DNA from: Podarcis liolepis
Lineage: Eukaryota
Assembly (NCBI GenBank): GCA_965112155.1
Contig: OZ218105.1
Length of the DNA stretch: 64,000 nt
Direction: 5' to 3' (one strand)
In this document: one piece after another, positions 1 through 11,570 of the stretch
Position numbering within the stretch: position 1 is the first letter of the stretch
Layout: each line of letters starts with the position of its first letter
Notes under the pieces: model-generated
Told to the model about the DNA's origin: nothing
Database searches by the model: none
The model's input: the letters and a program-made list of their open reading frames with translations, nothing else
Translations under genes and position numbers: made by a program

Positions 1-1302
1 CAGCATCCCGGAGAGGGGTGGTATTATTTGGCAGGGGTGGGGGGTGCTCTGGGCCTCTTTCTGCTACTAAAGAGCAGCCCCGTCATGGAGCATCCTTTGC
101 TGGAAAGAGGAGCCAAGAAGATGGCCTTGGCAAAATAGAGGAGAAGCTGCAGATGCCCTGTCTGCTTGTTTGGTGCTGCTGGTGGCAACATGACAAGAGA
201 CTAGAACCCTGCTTAGTGGAGCCTGTGCTGAGCATTTCACTTTCCTGACAATTAATCTGGAAATCTTCCTAACTTATACATCTGCTCATCTAATTAACAC
301 ACTGCGGGATAAAGCTAAGTAAAGATGGACTGAAAAGAGGATAATTTGTTCTTTTTCTTTTTTTACTTGCATTTCCCTTAAAGCTTTGGGAGATTCCCCT
401 GCCTTTGCCAACAAGTGTTTGGCTGCCACAGAGACGGACAGATGTGCACCTCTCCACCAAATAGTCACATCTGTGCTCTCTGTGCCCCATTAATGCCCTA
501 CCTACCTGTATAATATAGCACTGGATTGGGTCTTTAAAAAAAAGAAGGTATATGTGCAGCATTCAAGAGTTATGGCTCGGTTTCGATTCTGCTCAGCTGC
601 TCGCAGATCTTTTCCAGTCGTACTTCTTAGAAAGTCTTTTGTTCCAAAGTGTACTCTCTAGATTTGCATTTTGGTGGAGCTGCCAACTAGAGAATGCAAG
701 CAATAAATGCCAGGTCAACTACATTTATAGCCAACAAATATTTGTTTCCTTTGCAGGTATGGGTAGCTATAAAAATTGGTTATAATATCCAATACATCTC
801 TGTCTGTCTGCTGAAATGTAAAGTGTGAATCAGAAGCATGGATTTTATCTGCAGTCATCTCTGTATATTGGAACATATGCTTCAGATTGCGCCATAAGTA
901 GAATTTGTAAGTTTCTCTTGCCCCCTGCCCCCCTGCCCCCTTTCTTTTTCTTTCCTTTTTGCACAGATATCCATAAAAGGTAATGTCCAAATCCACACTA
1001 AGGTTGTATCCACTTTTAGTCAGAGCAGACTCACTGAAATGAATAGGCATGTCTTTTCTGAGCAGCTGGCGATAACCCTAATTCTACTATTTGTGCTGCA
1101 TGACATTTTATTTTCCTTTTTCTTAGCATTTCCATTGGACTGCACTATCATTCCCTCATTAGCAAAGAAAACTGCAAGGGAGTGGCGTAGATTAACTACC
1201 TATTCAAAGGCTAGAAATGTAAGCAAATGTATTAAGGAATTAAATCCCATTGAACTCTGTGGATTTTACTTAGGAGTAAACACGCTCTTTGATCACCTTG
1301 CA

Positions 1303-1323
1303 TGCTGCTGCTGCTGCTGCTGC
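1303..1323. repeat. (TGC)7 microsatellite
   Basis: Seen directly in sequence. Confidence 0.9.
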
Positions 1324-3713
1324 TTTTTGCAGTGGGACATTGGGATTCTTCTCAAAGCACAAACCTTTGAGAAAAACACCATACCAGGGACACAGAGGAT
1401 AAACATCTTTAAGGCAGTTAGTTCCTCTTGAGATCGCACACTACTTCAGAGTCTTCATGCTTCAACACATACATTAGCCAGGGCTTGTTCTGTACCTCTG
1501 TCCCATCCACTTGAACTTCATTTTCCTTTCTGCCTCACCAAAGATATTTATCTTTGCTGCCATTGCCATAGAGAAGCCAGATTGGAGGAAGGAGACAGAC
1601 AAATGTATACCGCATCAATGGAGAATTCATTGCAGTGGGAAGGTGCAGAATACAGTGGGGGACAGAGAAATGGAGGAGTGGCTGGAGAAAACATGCAGAA
1701 ATATGCATGAGATTGAGAGACACAGGGGAGTCATGGTCATCAAAATGCAAAGCATTATTTAGTTCTAACTCTGTGTTTATGACATCACTGGTTCGAAGTG
1801 CACACACTGATATATTTGCTCAGTTCAGAGAAGAGGCTGAATGAAAAAGAGAACAAAATATTTTCCATATAGTCCACCTAGGTTGCTGAGTGGAGCCCTC
1901 CTAACTGTACTACAGTCTATTGAGGTTGCGTTGGCCAGGATTCAAAGGAGGATCTTTGTTATGGCACCTATTTTGTGGCATGAACTTCCTATGGAAACCG
2001 GGTGAGCATCAATGATGGGTTGCTATTCTGGGCAGTTGTTTTTTTTTAAAAAAAAATCTCTTTACCCTGCTAGTTTCCTGACTGTTGACATTGAGTATGT
2101 TTATGTTTTTGTTTTGATCTGACTGCTATAGCAGCTACTGAAATTATATGGCAATCTGGATATTTTAACTGTTGTTATTTGATTATCTTAAAGCTTTATG
2201 TATATTATGATCTGCTTTGAGAATTCCAAATGAAATTGGTGTATAATTTTTAAAGATAAAAATAAGAAATATGAATAAGTAAATGAATAAGATCTTTCAA
2301 AAGAAGCATCAGTAAAAAGGGAGGAGTAGTGTGAACACACACCAAAGGGCTGCAATAGCACTTTATTATTACTATTATTATTTATTAAATTTGTATATCC
2401 CCTTCATCTATAGATCTCAGGGCAGTGCACATAATAAAAATACAAGATAAAAATTTTAAGCATACTCAACCATTCTTTGATCCTGACTTCTGATGCCATA
2501 TTGGGTCTGCGTTTTCAGTAGGGTCATGACCACTTTTGCTGCCACATGTTATTATATAGTTGACAGAAAGTCAAGTACAGAAGAGGGATTAGCTCCAGAA
2601 TTCCAAAGGTCCTTAAGCCATCTAGGTCCATTTGAAGCACTACATCATGTTCCCCTTAGATTTTTGAATGACACCACCTGGTTGCACATCTCAGTGGTCT
2701 CAAAGCCTCTGAGCAAAAAAATCTAGAAGACTCATGCTTCTCAAGGATATCTAGCTATTAGTTAGTTGATAAAGAAAGTTAATATTCCCTTTTGCTAAGT
2801 GAATTCTATTTTCTCTCCTTAAATATCCACCTGTGATAGAGGTTTAACCAGTGGTTCAGGTAGAGCATCCGTGGCTGATCCCAGCATCACATTTTCATCC
2901 ACATTTCTTATATTGATTTCCTTATCTTCTTATTACCTTCCTCTTTGCTAGGCACAGGATAATAGAAAAATGGAGATAATGAAGGATACAAAAACATTCA
3001 TTCTGTCATGGATGGATATTTGATTTTGGTAATGAACAACCAAGGCTCTAATATAATTGGCAGACTTACTTGCCTGTGCGTGGGCACTTAAACAGAGAGG
3101 GTATTTTGACAGCCCAGCATTGATTAAATTGGTCTTTAATTGAAGTAACCAAGTCTTAGCAATGCTGTAAATACTACATTAATTTCAAAACAGTGTTAAT
3201 TGCAAAACATTTATTAATGAAAATAATTCAACATTATTTTCATAATTGCTGATTAAGAAATTGTTTTGGTCTTAAACTGTAATTACATAGCAATTATATT
3301 TTGTTTCATTATAAATATACTACAAGTATGCTACAGTTACCACTGTGTGCTACATGAGACACAGTCTTTCCCTCCACAGTGGTGGCTGCTTAATTAAAAT
3401 ATTAATGTTGTCCTCATATTCACAATACTTCCCATACTTTATACGTCAATATGCAATGTAGTGCATAGTGTGTCAGACACACTTCAGTTAATTTCTGGAA
3501 AAATAAAATAACGTGCAAGCAAAGTAACTACCACAGTGGCATTTTTCTCTCTGCCCAGGCAATGTCAGATTAGTGATGGAGCTGGCATCACACAGTGCTT
3601 ATGGAAGAATATAGGGTTACAGAGAATGGATTATCCTTGTCCTGTTCTAACTTGGCTCAAGGTTCCCAGGGGCAGCCAGGCTAAAGAAGTGGCACTTACT
3701 GGAATGGCAGGAT

Positions 3714-3854
3714 CAAGTCCAGAAAAGATGAAGTCCAGTGGTCAAGTAGGCTGGCAGGTTCAAGTCCAGAAAAGAAGAGTGAAGTCCAGTGGTCAAGTAG
3801 GCTGGCAGGTTCAAGTCCAGAAAAGAAGAATGAAGTCCAGTGGTCAAGTAGGCT
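3714..3854. repeat. 51-bp tandem repeat, about 2.8 copies
   Basis: Unit aagtccagaaaagaagaRtgaagtccagtggtcaagtaggctggcaggttc; the first copy is 4 nt shorter. Confidence 0.9.
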
Positions 3855-6601
3855 ATGATGGATCACAACCAGCAAGGGAAGGGAAGGTCTGTCAGGACCC
3901 AGGAAAGGTCACTGTGGCAAGGGCTAACTGGAAGTCACCCAAAGACAGCTGTTGACTCAGCAGCATGCTGAACCCTTCTGAAGACTAGTTGGTTAGCCGG
4001 CTGTTAACTTCATCCACTCTGAGCTGCAATCTGTTTCTTAAAGGGCCATTGCTTGATTTGGTAGCCTCTAGATCCTATGCCATGGGAGCAATGAGAACTT
4101 CATCAAAGGTGTGCCCTCTGAATCTGAAAAAAAAAACCAGGCAAAACAATGCCCTTTGACTTGAATGGTCCTGGAGCAGGGGGTGATGCCTGCCTAGGCA
4201 ATTCCTTCTTCCCTTCCCTGAGTCTTCCTCTGAGCCCGAAGGGCACTGAGGCCAGACAACATTGTGATTGCTCTTCAGTTATGTGATTGTGCCTTGGATA
4301 CACTCCAAAACTCCACATGGTTCAAATGCAGGCAATGAGTTCCATGAGAACAGAAGTGCCCTGAGCTCTTCATACAAGAGGACATGCACAGCACCAGTGT
4401 GCCTGCAAAGCCTTCCAGAAACTAAAGAGACAAACTTGCAGAGTCCAGTGTACATATTGGAGTCCCAGCATATATCTCCTAGCTATCAGACTGGTTTAGG
4501 TCTGACCTGAAATCTATATATGTGTTGAGGAAGGGGATTATTCTGATGTTTGCTCAGGGGTCTGTGATTTTTCTGAGCACACCAATACATAATGGTCTAT
4601 GACATTTCAAGGGAGAAAGTGTACTTCGTGGGGAAGCAAAAAGAAAACGACATGTCATGTAACTTGTCTACCCATCACTTTAAAATGGGAATCCAGTGTT
4701 TGATTTTGTTATTAAATGAAGTCCAAAAGCATGGCTAGGGGTGCAGGAGTGATATGTTTGCTCTGAAATATAATCTAGAGGGTGTATTCTAGTCCCAATT
4801 TTGCCCAATGTTTACTTGATTTCTTACATTCCAGATTCAGGGATGGGATCTTCATGAGCTTTTAACATAGGGTTGTGTGTATGAGATTATAAAAGCTAGA
4901 CTGTATAAACCAGGTACAGCTTTAATTAAAGAGAGGCTACCCATCCTCTCTCACCCCCAGAAAGTATCTTCATAATGAATAGATGAAATGCCCCACTGAT
5001 AACTTCTACTATGGATTCATTCCTTCATTCCTTTTTTTCTTTATCCCTTCAATTTCCAATCTACAACTGAAACTTCTACAATGTTTTATTGAACTGGATA
5101 TCAGAAGACATCAATTTGCGACAGCCTCATAAAAAATAAAATAAAACTGTGATACAGAAGAGAAACCGCTGTATCAGACACACTTCAGTTCCCTTCTACC
5201 CCTACCTCAGTGCTCCCGTCAGAAATATCATCAGCCACTGAGGCTGGAAAACAAAATCTCAACTCAAATGCTATTAATACAATAGTCTGAAACTTTCAAT
5301 ACATCCTATGCCTGTTCTAAAATTAAATATTCATTGGTAGCAAGCTTATGTAAAAGGGTGCCAGAGTTCAAAACAGGAATGCGTATAGGAGATAAAGAGA
5401 CAGACGGAAGGGGAAAGAAAGCAGTAGAAACGAAGACTGTGGCCAGACTGTTCTGACTCTGATTGCCGTGGATGTTACCAATTTGAACGCATGTTAGGGA
5501 TACATAGCTGAGGAAAATCCGTGTAAATTGGGGATCACAAGTCATATGCTTTAATTAAAAAAAAATACAGGGAGCTTTTATGGTCATGAAATGGGATTTC
5601 TAGTTCTGTCTTTCAGCCTTCTTATCACACATGTATTACGTGCATTTTGTCAGGCATTGCCAGAGAGGTGCAGGATGATCAGCTTGCATAGCAACTGAAT
5701 TATGCCCATAATTAGGCCTAGAGTCAGTAGCTTGATGTTGGGCAGTAAATTGTATATGTCTCCTTTTTTGGTTCTTCACTTAATAGACCTTTGGCAATAG
5801 CTTATTGTAGCTTATTGTAACAGACAATGGATCAACATTGAAGTGTTTATCTTGTGATAATTACACTGCTTTTTAAAAAATAAAATAAAATGAGAGTGTA
5901 TTTTATCAAATGGATTTGCAGCAGGTACTACAGTGGAAGCTCTGGATTGGATACTGGTTTCTGCAGCTTGAAGCCATTTGCTTCAGCTCCAAAAAAAGAC
6001 AAAGCCTTTAAAATGCCACCCAAAGAAATAGATGAAACCTTGCCCTTACCAGAGTATTGCAATGGCCCCAGTTGGCCCTTTAGGAGCCAGGAGTGGGGAG
6101 AGCAAGGGCACTGCTATTGGCAAATCACTGATGACCCCATTACCTCAGTTAGAACAGACACCAGAGCATGTGTTGTCCCCTTTCATCAGCACTTGGCCTG
6201 CAATGCAGCACTTCAAAGGGTTGGACCATATGACAAATCTAATCTAATCTGGGTTGTGCTTTAGTCTTATGATTTGCAGATGTTCAGATCCTCTCCACAT
6301 TCATTTTCAAGAGAAGAACTGTTCTCCTTCATATATACAGTATTGCTTATGGTTCATGCTGGGTGCCAACCTTATCACCTGATTGGCTTTGTGTCTGAGA
6401 TACCTTTTGGATAGACCATTAGGTCGAAGAGAAGGAATAAAACAGCCAATTAAACATTCGTGCTCATAAATGTATCCTGTGTAACTTAATAATGCCCCCT
6501 TTTTCTCCCCTTCCCCACCCTTTTACATACTGCATTTGAAGAACTCTGTCCAAGAATATCACTAGATGGGGGAAAATGCGTGCACACACACACACACGCC
6601 A

Positions 6602-6829
6602 NNNNNNNNNNNNNNNNNNNNNNNNNNNNNNNNNNNNNNNNNNNNNNNNNNNNNNNNNNNNNNNNNNNNNNNNNNNNNNNNNNNNNNNNNNNNNNNNNNN
6701 NNNNNNNNNNNNNNNNNNNNNNNNNNNNNNNNNNNNNNNNNNNNNNNNNNNNNNNNNNNNNNNNNNNNNNNNNNNNNNNNNNNNNNNNNNNNNNNNNNNN
6801 NNNNNNNNNNNNNNNNNNNNNNNNNNNNN
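6602..6829. other. Assembly gap (228 N) next to a (CA)n tract
   Basis: N run. Confidence 0.99.
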
Positions 6830-8254
6830 TTGTGCTTATACATTAAGAAAAATGTACCTGGCATTCCCTTGGACATGACCAGACCCCATAAAAAAGAAAG
6901 CATTATTAATAGTTGGTTGTAATGCATTTGTGGCAGCGCATCTGAAATTCTGACCTTTAGCATGTTAACTGGCTCTTTTTATCTGGTTCTCTGGCTGACT
7001 AAGCCACAACAGTAGCCTGATTAAATGTAGGGAACCAAAGGTTTGTTATCTATACTTCTTAAACAGAATCCTAACTTTTCTTTCCCCATAAGACCTAGAA
7101 GACATTTGCAAAGGAAATATGAAGCTGTAAAATGAAAATAGCAATGATCAGTGTTTCATATGGGATAATTTGATTATCTATTTGATAATCTGTTTGATAA
7201 TGTGATGTGTTTTCATATGGGGCAATTTAATGATCTGTGAGTAGAACAGGGACCTCTGCTCTCTAGTTTAACCTGGGTTGGTACAAATCCTTTTTGCCAG
7301 GATGTAAGTAAATGCACACACCCCACCTAAGCAAGAGAATGGAGATTTCAGGTCACTAAATAGTTTGACCTTGGACTAATCACATACCAATAACCTGTGA
7401 AAGGTGTTTCTTTTTAAAAAATAAAATCCTGTATTTAAAAATTGATATCCCACTTTGGTTTCCCAAAGCAAATCCATACTATCTAGCAATAAATAAAATA
7501 AATACTCATAAAAACATACTGTTACATGCCACCCCAATCTCTACAAGTGGTGCAAGATTTTGGGGGTTGAAGGTGCACTTCCCATGATCTGTGGTCTTTT
7601 GGGACAATGAGGCATAGTGAAGATGGTAGTGTCTTTATGTTATATGCTTTTATTTACTCATATATACAACCTGCACCTAGATGGACAGATTGCAGAGCAT
7701 TCACAGCCTATGAGGTTCTGGCTCCCCCCCAGCATTGGATTCAAAGGACAGCAAAAACCCTGTCATCCCCAGCTCACCCCCACCTTCTCATGATCATGAT
7801 CATAGAGTGAGACAGTATCATATTGAGTGCTGGAACAAAGTCATCCCAATAAGAATGGCAACTATCCTGAATTTCCAAATGTCATATTAATATATACACG
7901 TGGGTTTCATGATTCTAAACAGAGCAGCATACCTTGCCGTGGTCATTGGTGGTGAGTACCTCTTTGCCTAGTACAACAGCATGTATGTAGTTTGTACTGT
8001 AATGTGAGAAGTTTAGCATCTGTTTTTGAATGTTATGGGTCACAAGAATTTGCAGGTGCAAAATACTGCACCAAGAATGGATGGTGACTTGCACAAGCTG
8101 CTCAGTTGTTTGACAGCAGGGCCTGGCATGGTGGGGTCATGGTAGAGCAGTTCTAGGGTAAAGTATGACAAAAACCTTTACAAATAATAATATTCAACCC
8201 TCCTAGTCTGCCAGACATTTATCTGGTCAGATTCCTTTGTATTTAAGGGAAGAC

Positions 8255-8317
8255 AATACCTGCATTTAAGTGTGGTTCTATTAAATACCTGCATTTAAGT
8301 GTGGTTCTATTAAATAC
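8255..8317. repeat. Perfect 29-bp tandem duplication
   Basis: aatacctgcatttaagtgtggttctatta twice, plus aatac. Confidence 0.95.
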
Positions 8318-10403
8318 TGTGAGATTTCATGGGTCAATGGTAGAACACATTGTTGTTGGACTCCAGCTCCCATCAGCTTCAGCCAGTATGGCCAAGACTC
8401 AGGGATAATGGGCACTGTGGTCCAGCAACATCTGGAGACTGTCTGTGGATGAGGGTGAAGATTCTGTTCGTTCGGGCTGCGCCACTTTTTCCCCTGCACC
8501 ATTCTATTTCCCACCCTCTCCCTCACACACACTGCGGCAACGCCTCCTCCCTCCCTCCCTCCTGGCTTCTCCCCGCCCTGCCTAGAGGAGGAAGGGGGCT
8601 GGGCTGAGCTGGCTGAGTGCCATTTTAAGCAGCCTCTCTTTGGAGCCAGCCCTTTTGTGCCACTCATCTTCTCTCCACCGCCACCGCCCTGGTTCTCCGG
8701 TGGGCCAGAGAGCAGCGGTGGTGGTGGTGGCAACAGCCCCAGGGAAGGTAAGCACAGCAATTGGGGCTGGGGGGTGGGGAGGAGGACTACCTGCCCCCCA
8801 TGCCTCTTCTTCCAGCTCCCCCCCCCAGTGCCACTTCTCCGGCCTGCCACAAGGTCTGAGGGACACTGGACCAGCCAGCGGCTAAAATTTTTTACCGACC
8901 CCGGGATTGTGTTATTCAAAGCAGTCCCATCAGGAGGTGCTGGACTATAAGTGATGGGAATACATGAAAGGTCTTTACGACTAAGGGTGTGTTCACATTA
9001 CCAGCTTAAAATGAATTGGGGGTTATCCACCCCACCCCCTGCATTTCAATCACATTTACAGGTCATTTTACACATTAGTAAGGTTGGATATGTTTTCTGT
9101 TTGGCCACTGTCTGTCCACACCAGTGAGCAAAGAGGGGAATGAATGTCTTCATGTGGTTTGTTTTCAAATTGGATCAAATCTGGTTTGGGGAAAATGCAT
9201 CAAAATGCAGTATTTCTCAAGAAGCTACAGGATAGAAATGGATTGTGGCTAAGGTTGTGTGTACATGACTTCACTAACCACCAGTGGAAGCATACTGGAT
9301 GCAGAGTAAATGCATCCTGAGACAACTGAGCTGCCATAGGTTGCGGTCATTTTCATTTGGCAGGTGATGGCTACAGTCAAAGAGAAGTAATAGAAATAGA
9401 TTCTAATGTTCTGCCACTCAGGTGGCCACTCAGCAAGTTTGCGCATTCTGAGTACCACATCACTCACCACAGCACTGAAAATTGACACACTCATCAGAAG
9501 CCATAGTGAAAGAGACCAAAGCAGCAACATTAGTTCTAGTCATGGGGATGAATGAAACAAGAATATTATTATACATATGAGTTCAAGCCAAACATTGGGA
9601 ACTACACTCCTCAGAACTTGCTAGATATGATTACATTAATCTCTATCATTCCACTCCCTAAATGGAAACAGCGAAGTAGTTATCCCCACTGAAAAATAGC
9701 AGAACATATTTTCCAGTAAGCAGTTAATAAAACATGTCTATGGTACATTGTAGAAGGCTTCCAATGAATAGGCCTCACTCTTGAGCCAGACTCCGGTGGA
9801 AACAAGTGCCAAAAGACAATGAGGCAGATGAGCATTATATGTGTATTAGTGCTGAAATGAAAAATTGCACCAATTCAGAATCTGACAAGTTTCATGCATT
9901 CACAATTGACAAATTTGGATTTGAACATACAAATGGATATGGAACCAGGGTTTCAGGCACAAAATGGGAGCGCGGCCAAACATATGTTTCACCAAATAAA
10001 AACTTGTTGGGGGGGGCTGGTTTTATGGCAAAAGACAAACTTCACATTTGCAAAAGCTGCAAATGGATTTTTGTGACCTTTTGCAGCATGCAGTGAATTT
10101 ATTTTAGAATTTATATCCCACTTCTCCACATATTATTTAACCCAAATGCATTTAACCCAAATGCTGTTCAGAGCATTTGTGAATTTTAGTTTGAATGTAT
10201 TGTCATTCATATTAATGGCATTACAGATGTTTGCCTCTTAGAAAGGACAGTGTGTGGAGAAAAGTTCACTCAAGCGTCATAAGGCAAGACCCAGCCCTGG
10301 ATTCATGTTTCTGCTATAACCAAATATAAAACACCACAAAACAATATTTGCAACAACCAATATATGCAGTGCTGCACAGTGATACTAGAGAAAATGAAAC
10401 TGG

Positions 10404-10967
10404 TGTCACGACCTCTATCTGGGCAGCAACTCAGAGTCATGAGATGAAGAGAGCACAGCCAGAACAGAAGGAATAGCCAAGGAGACCATGTAAAAGTGAG
10501 GCCCTGACACAAGCCATGAAACCTAGCCAAGAGTATGTACACCAAGAGACTCCTGAGCAGGAACCCCCAGAAACCACAATCCCTGAGCCTGAGGTCCCCA
10601 CCTGGTAATGGGTAGGCAAGGAGCTAGGAGGGAATTCATGAGAGGCAATGAGTGCTAGGTCCCAGGCCAGGAGACTGCTCTAAGCTCTCCGGGAAAGAAA
10701 CAAGGCCTGAGAGGGGGTAGTCTGGGAAGCGTAAATGGCCTCATTTAGGTCTTTCCCCAGGAAAACCTGAATTGCTGTTCGCTCCAATTCACGGAAAGCA
10801 GTAGGAGAAGAGGAAGTGTGTATAAGCCCTCAGTTGGAAATGTTGCTCTCCTGGAGTTCTCCAGGGTCCTGTAACTCCAGCTTTACCTGCTTGCTTCCTA
10901 GACTGCTTTGTTTTAAGGCACTCTGGTATCTGCCCCCTGGGTTATTGCTTTTGGTCAGGACAGAACA
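10404..10967 (+). mobile_element. Possible solo LTR
   Basis: TGTCAC...GAACA termini, 5-bp flanks ACTGG and ACTGA, TATA-like gtataag near 10820, then a pyrimidine-rich 3' part. Confidence 0.4.
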
Positions 10968-11194
10968 ACTGACCATAAGTGCCCCACACTTTTTGTTTGG
11001 GATCTGCCATAGTAGAAGAAGCTGGCTTGACTGTTGACGTCACAGGTTCTACAGAAGTACCTGGTCAATATTTCAGCATTGAAATATTGGTTGATATGGC
11101 CAAATGTGAAGTATTATCTTTCTAGGAATCATAGGCAATTAAGCATACTCCAAAGGTTTCAGAGGAGTAGTGTTAGTCTGTTGTGGTATTCTGG

Positions 11195-11330
11195 CCATAG
11201 TGTTCTGGACAACTGCAGTTTCCAAACTGCCTTAAAAGGCACTCCTATGTAAAGGGCACCCAACCTAGAAGTGACCAAACCATAGATAACTGTGGCTAGA
11301 TTATTTCTGTACAGGAGAGGTTGCAAAAAC
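11195..11330 (-). mobile_element. L2 ORF2 fragment
   Basis: LQPLLYRNNLATVIYGLVTSRL...LYIGVPFKAVWKLQL is homologous to the 40.9-kb copy. Confidence 0.75.
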
Positions 11331-11449
11331 AGTGTGTCAGTCTCAACCAACAGAAGGTCCTTTATGCTGCTGAAGCTACTTGAGCCTAAGGTGATAAAGA
11401 CTAATCTAACAGTATTCCCATATTGCACATTTGATTTTTTAGATGAGTA

Positions 11450-11570
11450 CAATGCCAGCATCTTCAGGTAGGGCCAGGGAGAGAGCCTTGGTTGACATCC
11501 TGGAGAATTACTTCCTTTTAGCTGGACAGACCAATGGTCTGACTCAGTATAAGGAAGTCTCATATGTTTT
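11450..11570 (+). mobile_element. Squam3-like SINE 3' fragment
   Basis: catcctggaga...gctggacagaccaatggtctgactcagtataaggaagtctcatatgtt; reverse-oriented relatives near 45880-45970 and 52042-52220. Confidence 0.55.

Noticed and set aside
3714-3854. CRISPR-like repeat array
   Set aside because: Whole units repeat with no unique spacers, and the context is eukaryotic.
8281-8919. 212-aa minus-strand ORF
   Set aside because: It runs through a GC-rich repeat-like block and a MITE; no protein features or splice support.
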